NCBI GenBank assembly: GCA_964496425.1
Contig: CAZBZO010000001.1
Span: 205,744 to 269,743, forward strand
Length of the DNA: 64,000 bases
Source of the DNA: an uncultured Candidatus Saccharibacteria bacterium
GTDB lineage: Bacteria > Patescibacteriota > Minisyncoccia > Phycocordibacterales > UBA9973
Reading direction: 5' to 3'
Positions 48,580 through 56,426 of the stretch are shown one piece after another (within the stretch, counting starts at the first letter, position 1; the number at the start of each line of letters is the position of its first letter). A program made the position numbers and the translations under genes. The notes beneath the pieces are model-generated. The model did no database searches. It was not told where the DNA came from and saw only the letters and a list, made by a program, of their open reading frames with translations.

Positions 48580-48650
48580 TGCGGGTAGGGAGAATCGAAC
48601 TCCCGTCTCATCCTTGGCAAGGACGTGTTCTACCACTAAACCATACCCGC
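48580..48650 (-). tRNA. tRNA-Gly(GCC)
   Basis: GCGGGTA/TACCCGC acceptor, CGTCC-TTGCCAA-GGATG anticodon arm, GTTCGATTC T-loop; CCA not encoded. Confidence 0.96.
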
Positions 48651-48790
48651 AACATTATTTTTTAATATTAAAACGTGCTTATTATATTATTTCTAAGGCC
48701 AAATAGCAATTTCCAAACGAGTCTTATCCTACAAGGATATTATATGATTTTCAAATTTTAGTGTATAATTTTAAACGTTTTATAAAGTTT

Positions 48791-48862
48791 GCGCCCGTAG
48801 TTCAACGGATAGAACACTAGTCTTCGGAACTAGTGATGTGGGTTCGATTCCTGCCGGGCGCA
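48791..48862 (+). tRNA. tRNA-Arg(TCG)
   Basis: GCGCCCG/CGGGCGC acceptor, CTAGT-CTTCGGA-ACTAG anticodon arm, GGTTCGATTCC; CCA not encoded. Confidence 0.96.
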
Positions 48863-48899
48863 CAAACAAAAAAAGACCTGCAAGGGTTTTTTTTGTTAG

Positions 48900-49037
48900 T
48901 GCGCCTCGAGTACGACGACTGCTCGTCGTACGGGCAGGAATCGAACGTCGGAACGATGTCATATCAGCAGACATGACCGTGAGGCGGTGCCCAAGCCGAA
49001 CTGAGCGACGGCGAAGTGAGAGCTGCGGGAGATTTCT
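48900..49037 (+). repeat. tRNA-trailer structured element (copy after tRNA-Arg TCG)
   Basis: TGCGCC-[hairpin]-GGCAGGAATCGAAC is antisense to the tRNA 3' end, followed by the shared core. Confidence 0.8.
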
Positions 49038-49346
49038 GTATGTTCCTGTGATTGAGTACAATCACCTACTGGGTAAGGAAAGATATCCTGCGCAGGTAGA
49101 AATCTAAAAGTACCAACGACGATAGCTCGAGATATTATGCCGGGCATCTCAATTCATTTGTCCTTTATTATTCAAAAAGGCCCTTATTTATCAACAATTT
49201 GGGGATAACTATGTGTACTATGTGCATAAAGGACATATCTTATTTTGTCGGTTTACAAAGCCATATTTGTATAATGTCCTTAATTAACAAGCTTAAATCT
49301 GAAAGACAACCTTTAAAAACGCTTTTTATGTCTTATAAAGTCAAAG

Positions 49347-49362
49347 TGTTTCACGTGAAACA
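49347..49362. other. parS site (consensus)
   Basis: TGTTTCACGTGAAACA within a 24-bp palindrome 49343-49366; a degenerate copy AGTTTCACAAGAAACT lies at 49372-49387. Confidence 0.9.
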
Positions 49363-49422
49363 CTTTATATAAGTTTCACAAGAAACTATTCATTTTTTGC
49401 TTGCAGATGGTACTATTTTATT

Positions 49423-49854
49423 ATGCCAAAGGTGTTTACATCAGCATCTCAAAAAACGGGGGAGATCGGAGAGGGTGTGGCTGCCCGATATTTTGAAAAG
49501 CAAGGCTACCGGATCCTTGAACGTAATTTTACTCGGAAATGGGGAGAGATAGATATTGTGGCGGAAAAGGGGATAGGTCAGGGAAGTGAGCTCCATTTTA
49601 TCGAAGTGAAGTCAGTCAGTAGGGATTTGAGTGGGGGAGTTGACGGGGTAGATGAGATCTCTGTCGATCAGTATAAACCGGAAGACAATATGCATCCGTG
49701 GAAGCTTCAGCGTCTGTCGCGCACCATCATGACGTATCTTTTAGAAAAAAATATTCCGGACGAAAAAATCTGGCAGTTTGATCTAGCTTGTGTCTATCTT
49801 GACCTTGTGCACAAAAAAGCCAAGGTGGTAGTGGAAGAAAATATTATTTTGTAG
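49423..49854 (+). CDS. yraN: YraN family (UPF0102) nuclease-like protein
   Basis: GEIGEGVAARY, GYRILERNF, GEIDIVA, FIEVK, WQFDL. Confidence 0.92.
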   Translation: MPKVFTSASQKTGEIGEGVAARYFEKQGYRILERNFTRKWGEIDIVAEKGIGQGSELHFIEVKSVSRDLSGGVDGVDEISVDQYKPEDNMHPWKLQRLSRTIMTYLLEKNIPDEKIWQFDLACVYLDLVHKKAKVVVEENIIL

Positions 49855-50092
49855 TCCTTTTTATCCTCGAGGAAGATCGGGAGATCTGTCGGCAAGGGTG
49901 TCAGTGTTTCCGAGTACCCCGTCCCGCTTTCGCGGGGCGAAGCGAGGAGAGAGATTTTTGAAAACACTAGTGACACGCGTACCGGCAGGTCTCCTGACCC
50001 CAAAGGCAAGGCCTCTGGGTAATTCCTATCAAACCACAACAATCTGTTGCGATCTGAATAAGAAGCCAAAGTCTTACGGGACTTTGGCACGC

Positions 50093-50350
50093 TTAATTTT
50101 CTGGCAGTTCCAGCCAATCGCTTGGTGAAACATCGAGCGTTATTTCGCTCTGGTTAGGCAGTGTGACAAAAATTTGTCCACTACCATCAGAAAACACACG
50201 AAACTGCTCATCGGGAATCTCTTTAACATTTGAGATCCTGCCCTTAAGTCGTTCCGCTTCATTTTTTGCGAGCTTAAGCCAGGCATAAAAAATTTTCATG
50301 CTTAGTCTCACATGTTCGAGTTGTAAAACTTTTACAATTTGCTTTTCCAC
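50093..50350 (-). CDS. small hypothetical protein
   Basis: GGAGG RBS then GTG at 50350; 85 aa ending LDVSPSDWLELPEN. Confidence 0.55.
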   Translation of the reverse strand: MEKQIVKVLQLEHVRLSMKIFYAWLKLAKNEAERLKGRISNVKEIPDEQFRVFSDGSGQIFVTLPNQSEITLDVSPSDWLELPEN

Positions 50351-50778
50351 TGTATATGGCCCTCCGCGGCCGTTTTTAAATGAACAAATTTGAACTCTCT
50401 TGAATCCGCCACAATGTGATGAACTCAACAGAGCTGGCAAGTAAGATACTTACCAAGTCTGCCTCTCCTCTTATTTTATAAAAAGGAATAATCCCTATCA
50501 GTCCACCAATCATTGATGAACTGAACAAGGATCCTCAATAAATTGAGGATTTCGTTGTATAACCCAACCCCTTGTGACCTTTACATCGTCCAGATGGTAT
50601 ACACTTCCTGCATACTCGAGCACCATTATCAGTAACTTGAAACCCCCGTTTCAACCGACGTATGGTGTCCAACTCGCTTGCTTTTTGTAGCATGCATCCG
50701 AAGATGCAGAGTGACGAAAAACAAGAAACATCTGAAAACTAACTATATGCTAGTCTTTTTAAAACCGGCTAAAACGAT

Positions 50779-51438
50779 TTATTTAAAAATAAAGAGCAAG
50801 CGCTTTTTATCACGCGATACTCCAATTTTTATTACATCATTCTCGAGCACCTTTAGGTACCCGCCCTGCCCGTTATCTTCGGTTTCAGTTCCAGGCTTAG
50901 GTTCCGGTATTGGTGCAGGTGCCGGTGGTTCCGGTTTCCTGTTGATGAGAATTTCATCCCCGTTTTCAAGAACGGTGTTGAGATTTCCCTCTTTACCATC
51001 TACAGTGATGATTTCCTTTTCGGCATCAAATCGGATGCCAGCGATCTGCAAAGCATTGGCTACTGTTCCGTCGCCGGGTTGGGCTTCAGGTTCAGAAGCA
51101 TGCAACAATGCCACAGTGTGGCGTTCACCAGGCACGTGGGCGATGGTCACCAAAAATTGGTTGCCCTTAATCTTGGGTACCAACAAAATAATGTCGCCGT
51201 CGGATACAGGTGTGTCCCAGAGCACCAATGTGATTTTCTCCCCTTCCCGGACCGCGAGTTCGCGGCCGTTCAAAAAAGGAACATCAATCATTTCCTTTCC
51301 ATTAGACCCGTATGGGTCTTTTGAGAAAGTGAAATTGCAAACACTGGCAGCAGTTTGCATCGCTGTTAACACCGTTGCAGGTGTATTAATAACAATTTGT
51401 TTTACGGTGCCAGGCACCTTACCACAAGTTAAATTCAT
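50779..51438 (-). CDS. tandem ubiquitin-like (beta-grasp) protein with Pro linker and C-terminal tail
   Basis: Two related units (KVPG..TVLTAM..LNG..VSDGDIILLVPKIKGN and HVPG..TVANAL..VDG..LENGDEILI); adjacent to E1, JAB and E2. Confidence 0.75.
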   Translation of the reverse strand: MNLTCGKVPGTVKQIVINTPATVLTAMQTAASVCNFTFSKDPYGSNGKEMIDVPFLNGRELAVREGEKITLVLWDTPVSDGDIILLVPKIKGNQFLVTIAHVPGERHTVALLHASEPEAQPGDGTVANALQIAGIRFDAEKEIITVDGKEGNLNTVLENGDEILINRKPEPPAPAPIPEPKPGTETEDNGQGGYLKVLENDVIKIGVSRDKKRLLFIFK

Positions 51439-51486
51439 TTTTGACAGTTTTGATTGTGAAAAAAAATTGTGAAAAAATTATTTTGC

Positions 51487-52209
51487 TTATTTCCACCCAT
51501 GAGCCGTAGCCACAATGGGTCTGATGCAGAGCATTTCGCTGCTCGCGTGCTGATCACGTTCCTGTAGTTTTACAACAGGTTTGAAATCAACATTGGAAGC
51601 GAACTTCACCAGTTTGTGACTGGCAAGTCCTGCGATCGTGCTCACTACCGTACTTATGGCACGATAGGTGCAGGGAGACTCTTCAGCCTCACTGTCACCA
51701 TAGAGCGTGCCTTCGTATTCACGGACATCGGTCGGGTCGAGCGGCCGCACTGTGTAAATCGTGCCGAGCTCTGCCCCAAGGCGGGTCTCTACAACCAGAC
51801 TGACATCAAGTTGGTATTTAAGGCTGTTAAGCCAAATCTTCTTTCTTGATGACATGGTATCAGTACAAATGTACACGATACCTTCTAGCTTTTGTGATCC
51901 GTCTACCTTTTCGTTGCGAGCGACAACTTCGACGCCGCAATCACGAGAAAGGATTTTTTTGAGAGCTTCGACTTTGGAAAGCCCCACTTCCTCCAAACCG
52001 TAAATCTGGTTTGGAAGGTTGTGAATTTCCACACTGTCGAAGTCCCATGCGGTGATGTTGCTAACCCCCATCTTCGCTAAGATGAAGGCGATCCAGCTTC
52101 CCGTCGCACCGACGCCGATGATGTGCACCGGCGTGGTGAACTGGGCTGGATCAAACATGTCGAGCTGGCGCCAATAATCCGGCGTCAGTAATCCAGATGC
52201 TGGTCCCAT
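51487..52209 (-). CDS. ThiF/E1-like adenylyltransferase
   Basis: YWRQ, IIGVGATGS, WDFDSVEIHNLPNQ, SKVEAL, CTDTMSSR, candidate catalytic Cys in EESPC; no CxxC Zn motifs. Confidence 0.93.
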   Translation of the reverse strand: MGPASGLLTPDYWRQLDMFDPAQFTTPVHIIGVGATGSWIAFILAKMGVSNITAWDFDSVEIHNLPNQIYGLEEVGLSKVEALKKILSRDCGVEVVARNEKVDGSQKLEGIVYICTDTMSSRKKIWLNSLKYQLDVSLVVETRLGAELGTIYTVRPLDPTDVREYEGTLYGDSEAEESPCTYRAISTVVSTIAGLASHKLVKFASNVDFKPVVKLQERDQHASSEMLCIRPIVATAHGWK

Positions 52210-52871
52210 GTTTTTTGGTTTTTGGGCCAGTTTTTTTCATGGCCGAAGCCGTGAAGTTGAACTGGCTGGTGAACAATTTTTTTGACTTTCTGCTTGACTT
52301 GGTCGCGGATATCCGCTTCCCGAGTATCGTCATGGGGAAGAATTATTTCCCACGAGACGTCGTTGAAACGTAATCCACGTGCAAAGTCATAAAAAGTAAA
52401 CTCTGCCCTGCCGTGGCGGCCGAAAATCCCGCGGATGAACCAGTCGTTACCGTTGGACAATACGTCCATCTGGATTTCGTCCTGACCCGACGGGGATGTG
52501 CTGTTGCTCGGGTGCACGTGGCCCCAAAACTTCAGCGCGTTTACCTTTTCAATTGCTCCGTTCACCAGGAGCTCGGTTGCCACCTTAGCAATATCCGCAG
52601 GTGACATTGCGGTTTCGGCCACTTCCACTTCCTGCTCGAAGAGCATTACTTCTTCGATGGTGTAGACAGAGCTTATTTTTGAAACAGTTCCCAGCCAGGA
52701 GATTTCCTCCCGACCAGAAGCAGCGGCGATGTAGTACATATCCAGGTACGCCGCCAGGCTGACCTTGATATGGGGTACTGCATAATTGAGCAGTACCGTT
52801 TGGGTTTGAAAGTTATGCGGTCGGAACTTGTCCGCCGCATTTACTTTCGTGAAATTATTGAGATATTCCAC
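52185..52871 (-). CDS. JAB/JAMM (Mov34/MPN) metallopeptidase
   Basis: EISWLG, then H-x-H-x7-S-x2-D: WGHVHPSNSTSPSGQD. Confidence 0.9.
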   Translation of the reverse strand: MEYLNNFTKVNAADKFRPHNFQTQTVLLNYAVPHIKVSLAAYLDMYYIAAASGREEISWLGTVSKISSVYTIEEVMLFEQEVEVAETAMSPADIAKVATELLVNGAIEKVNALKFWGHVHPSNSTSPSGQDEIQMDVLSNGNDWFIRGIFGRHGRAEFTFYDFARGLRFNDVSWEIILPHDDTREADIRDQVKQKVKKIVHQPVQLHGFGHEKNWPKNQKTWDQHLDY

Positions 52872-52918
52872 TGTGTCCGCCCTCCCAGGCAGTTTTTGAT
52901 TTTTGAACTATTTATTTT

Positions 52919-54100
52919 TTACCACTTCAAGTCGTCTTGCGACGGACCTTCTGTAGTTTGAGTTTGTAGTAACTCATCCGCCTTCGGCCACCAGTAAATT
53001 CCCTTACCAGCACTGTCGTCGACATTCACGCTTTTTAGGAACTGAATGGCCAAAATGGCTACTACCGAGTATTGGTACTCTGCGATCAGCTGTGGTAGAG
53101 CCGTCGAGATGTTGCCGAGACAAGCGTCGCCACTTGCCTGTACGTGTGGGTGATGATGGTTGTAGGAGGTGTTACCCTCGAAACCACTTGGTCGGGTGTG
53201 GCCAGGACCTTTACCTTGGTTGGTCAAGTTAAAAAACTTGATACCACCGTTGATAAAAATCTCGATCCGAAATTCACCAATCATATATTTCACCTTGTCA
53301 TGAGTGATATATATCATATCGGTGAAAACTTTAATCACTCCATCCCCAGCCTCGATTTTTTTCACATCCTGTATCGTCAGGAATTTTTCAAATTCCTTTC
53401 TGTAGCCTTCTTCCGCATCGGGCCGCGCTTTTTCAAGCTGCACGAGCTTTTGCTCAGCACCTTTAGTCTCGCGTACCTTGGTCACCAACTCGTCCTGCAA
53501 TTTTTTTATGGCTGTAAAACCCTCATCAATTGCTTTTTTTGTACCTGCCAGCATCTTGTCAAAGCGCTGTGAACAGGCTTTGACGAATGCCTCGCGGCTT
53601 CGGTTCCTCACTTCTTCAGCGCGCTTTTGTTCACGCGCTAATTTTTCTGCAGGGTCTTTTATTTCTATTTCTTTTACCACCTCCTGCAATAGATGGCGAA
53701 AAATTTTGTCGTCTGTATCCTTTCCATGGTGGTATACATCATGGTGAATATATAAGACACTCTCGCCGATAAGCTCGGCAACTGAATATTCTCCGTCGTA
53801 AAAGCTTTTTCCTTCCCCGGAGGGAGAAAAAGCTTCGTCACGGCAATTGACATCGTACCCCCAAATTTTTTGAGGGGGATTGATGTTTTTCCCCCCCCGT
53901 GGCGAACTCCAGATAAAAATCTGGAAATTCATTGTTTCTTTTTTTGATGCCGCACTACCATGTGGCATGGAAACTTCTAACCCTTTTCCATTTAGAGTTA
54001 GAGTGGGGAGGAGAATCTCCTCTACTGCTTTTTGGGCAAGGAGAAGTCCAGCGTCTTGCCATGAAAGGAATTTCACCTCTCCAATGTTTGCGTTGCTCAT
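52919..54100 (-). CDS. E2/UBC-like conjugating enzyme with N-terminal domain and coiled coil
   Basis: HPHVQASGDACLGN matches the UBC HPN(I/V)xxxGxICL active-site pattern; preceded by GEFRIEI and a long charged helix. Confidence 0.82.
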   Translation of the reverse strand: MSNANIGEVKFLSWQDAGLLLAQKAVEEILLPTLTLNGKGLEVSMPHGSAASKKETMNFQIFIWSSPRGGKNINPPQKIWGYDVNCRDEAFSPSGEGKSFYDGEYSVAELIGESVLYIHHDVYHHGKDTDDKIFRHLLQEVVKEIEIKDPAEKLAREQKRAEEVRNRSREAFVKACSQRFDKMLAGTKKAIDEGFTAIKKLQDELVTKVRETKGAEQKLVQLEKARPDAEEGYRKEFEKFLTIQDVKKIEAGDGVIKVFTDMIYITHDKVKYMIGEFRIEIFINGGIKFFNLTNQGKGPGHTRPSGFEGNTSYNHHHPHVQASGDACLGNISTALPQLIAEYQYSVVAILAIQFLKSVNVDDSAGKGIYWWPKADELLQTQTTEGPSQDDLKW

Positions 54101-54848
54101 TTTACAAAAGTTTTATACCCCTGCAGCATCAATCGGCCTTGGGGCGGTGAAAAAATTTGTTTTTGCTCAGCGTCTGATTGACGTAGACATTTTCTGTGAC
54201 CGACGGGCCACAGATCAATCTGAGCTTCGTCGGTCCGCACATGTCGGATGTCAATCTTGCACCGTTAGCACACGGTACAACATGTCTAAGTTTGTAACCC
54301 GGCTCCCCGCTCTGAAGATCAATCGCCCCAGTCGGACCAGGTTACTCCCTTCCATACAACAGTTTGTAAGTCTCTCTATGCACTGTCTGGTACGCGTAGA
54401 GATTACTTGTCGACTTCTCTTTTAACGTCGGCCGACAGACGACGTTACGTGCCTGGTGGAATACCACCTAAGCCTGATTTGTTTTTCATGGTGTCCTCTT
54501 TTTTGGTGAAAGCGAATGCCGATCATTCAGCATCCAGTTTCACCAAAAGAGACTAGCCACGTGCTCAAGCCACCCAATATCTGTTTCGCACATTTTGTGC
54601 AACAATATTTGTGTTAAGCTATTTAATTTTTTACCCCAATCGATCCATGAAACTATTTCGTGAACCGAAGAAGGGTGACAACATTTCGTTGTCACATGAT
54701 TAACCCGATTAACCATTGACCCCTTTGTAGCTGTTCTGCCGTATTTCAGACGAGGTTGCTGTCCTCTGTCGTTGTGGTGGCTATTGTGTATCCGTACACA
54801 AACTTCACCTTTTATCCTCACGCAACGTCGTGAGCTTTTTGCGAAAGA

Positions 54849-55043
54849 TCAGAAGCGAGTTCTGATCAAGACAAAACCGCTTTTCAGCGCTTTTGTATGA
54901 CCAGATCTCTTCTTTCCCTGCTCCTTTTTTACAGGAGCAATTTTCTCCACCACCTGACGTGGCTTCGAAAATTGGGAAAGATCGATCTTTCCAAGGACTG
55001 TCACGCCCGGAAGCGTGGCAGTCCTGTGACTCATCATTTCCAT
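54849..55043 (-). CDS. small basic hypothetical protein
   Basis: MEMMSHRTATLPGVTVLGKIDLSQF...; co-oriented in the accessory unit; start uncertain. Confidence 0.45.
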   Translation of the reverse strand: MEMMSHRTATLPGVTVLGKIDLSQFSKPRQVVEKIAPVKKEQGKKRSGHTKALKSGFVLIRTRF

Positions 55044-55132
55044 ATTTTTTGGAAATTTAAAGTCAAAACTATTCCCCGCTTCTCGCACGGTGGATATCAC
55101 GCCAAGTTTGTGTCATTGGGGACAGGGGAATT

Positions 55133-55558
55133 TCACATAAGAAATTTTTTCCCAGCAAACCGCAGATATTCTGCGAATGTTTTGGGATGAATTTTTTTAA
55201 GATCCCTCAACGGGATCTGCCAAAGTAAATCTTCCACATGGGGGCTATTTTCCCCATATGGCCTGACAAGGGTTTCCCACTTTGCCCCCGGATATCGGGA
55301 TAATAAGTATCCCGATTTCATAGAGCGCCCGAGGTATATTTGAAAAAATATCCCCCCTCCCGTATTAAAGTGGAGGGTAAGGGTAACTTGTGAGATTTTA
55401 CTTCCCACAACGGTAATCCCGTTGTGGATTTTTTGTTTTTCCTGCAGAAGGAGGATCTCCTCCTCTGCTGAGAGTGCGGGGACAATGTCCTCGCACTCTT
55501 GCTTGATCCGTTCAATTTCATTTTGAAATTGAAGGAAAATAAATTTCGCTGTTCTCAT
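55133..55558 (-). CDS. hypothetical protein
   Basis: 141-aa ATG ORF after an A-rich leader; first ORF of the leftward unit. Confidence 0.55.
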   Translation of the reverse strand: MRTAKFIFLQFQNEIERIKQECEDIVPALSAEEEILLLQEKQKIHNGITVVGSKISQVTLTLHFNTGGGIFFQIYLGRSMKSGYLLSRYPGAKWETLVRPYGENSPHVEDLLWQIPLRDLKKIHPKTFAEYLRFAGKKFLM

Positions 55559-56420
55559 TTTTTTTGATTTTAGGTTAAGAAATACTCGAATACCGAATAC
55601 CGAATCACTTCAGTCGCCGAGTATTTCTTAACCGAGTGGAAAATGAAATCCTTCAATAATATTCAGGATAAAAAACCACTCTATTCACCTCACCAATTGC
55701 CTGATGGGGCTTATGTGGGGAGCATACAACTGGCCCGAGGCAAAACCTCGAGAGTACCCGAGGAATTGCCTCGAGATGCCCCGCACAATATTTTATTTTC
55801 AACGATCACCATCTTGCCCGATCCCGATCTCCCGATCTAGATCAGCTCTCAGTATTTATATCCGCAAATTTTCATTTATAGATATCTCTACTGAATTCCT
55901 TCGCAAGAAGGAGTACGGAGGTAAAGTAATGCCTAACTCTCTCCTCCATACTTCTTGTTACGAATCTCTCCCTTGCCTCGCCGTAGCTTGTTTAGATATT
56001 TGTGGGCTCGCCTCGCCATAGCTTTAGCGAAGGCGGGTCACGCTCCTTATAACGAAATACGGTAGCGTAGTCTTTTTCAACTCTCCCCTCAGAGAATTTC
56101 ACAAAGACATTTCTGGAAACGAAAGTGGGTTAATCTTTCGCATCCAGTCGATCTCTTTGCGAGCCCCTCACTAAATTTTAAAATTTAGTGAGGGGCGAGA
56201 ACGGTGTGCACGTGATCTGTAGTGAGACTCGGGTTTGCGGCCTATGCCTTACTACAACGTGCGGTGCAAACGGAAGCAGGGAAGACTGTTTTTGTGGATA
56301 TACGCTCTTTGCAAACGGCGATTTTTGGCTCCCCTGACCATTCACGTATATCGCAATCTTCCTACTATCCCCTCAAAGAACTCTCTCCGTCTTTGGCCTT
56401 GCGACCTCTTTGACTTTCTT
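55559..56420 (-). ncRNA. candidate large structured RNA or 5' leader of the Ubl unit
   Basis: No minus-strand ORF in the track over ~860 nt; many stems whose G-U wobbles favour the minus strand; begins just after the promoter. Confidence 0.45.
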
Positions 56421-56426
56421 GCTAAT

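Noticed and set aside
49000-49020. Hammerhead ribozyme core in the tRNA trailer (CTGAG...CGAA)
   Set aside because: Does not match the CUGANGA...GAAA consensus, and the second copy has GTGAG.
50678-51472. 264-aa plus-strand ORF and the many other long antisense ORFs in the track
   Set aside because: Shadow frames of well-supported opposite-strand genes, with no recognisable motifs.
51487-52209. ThiF/MoeB for thiamine or molybdopterin synthesis
   Set aside because: No thiG, moaE or similar partners, no Zn-binding CxxC, and the neighbours are an E2 and a JAB.
54540-54821. 93-aa minus-strand ORF inside the accessory unit
   Set aside because: No recognisable features and an uncertain start; a shorter ORF from ~54716 is possible but not supportable.
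55976-56037. CCTCGCC(G/A)TAGCT repeat pair as a system-specific signal
   Set aside because: Looks like a common short REP-like palindrome (as does CTGCCTGCGCAGGCAG near 56603); not specific evidence.
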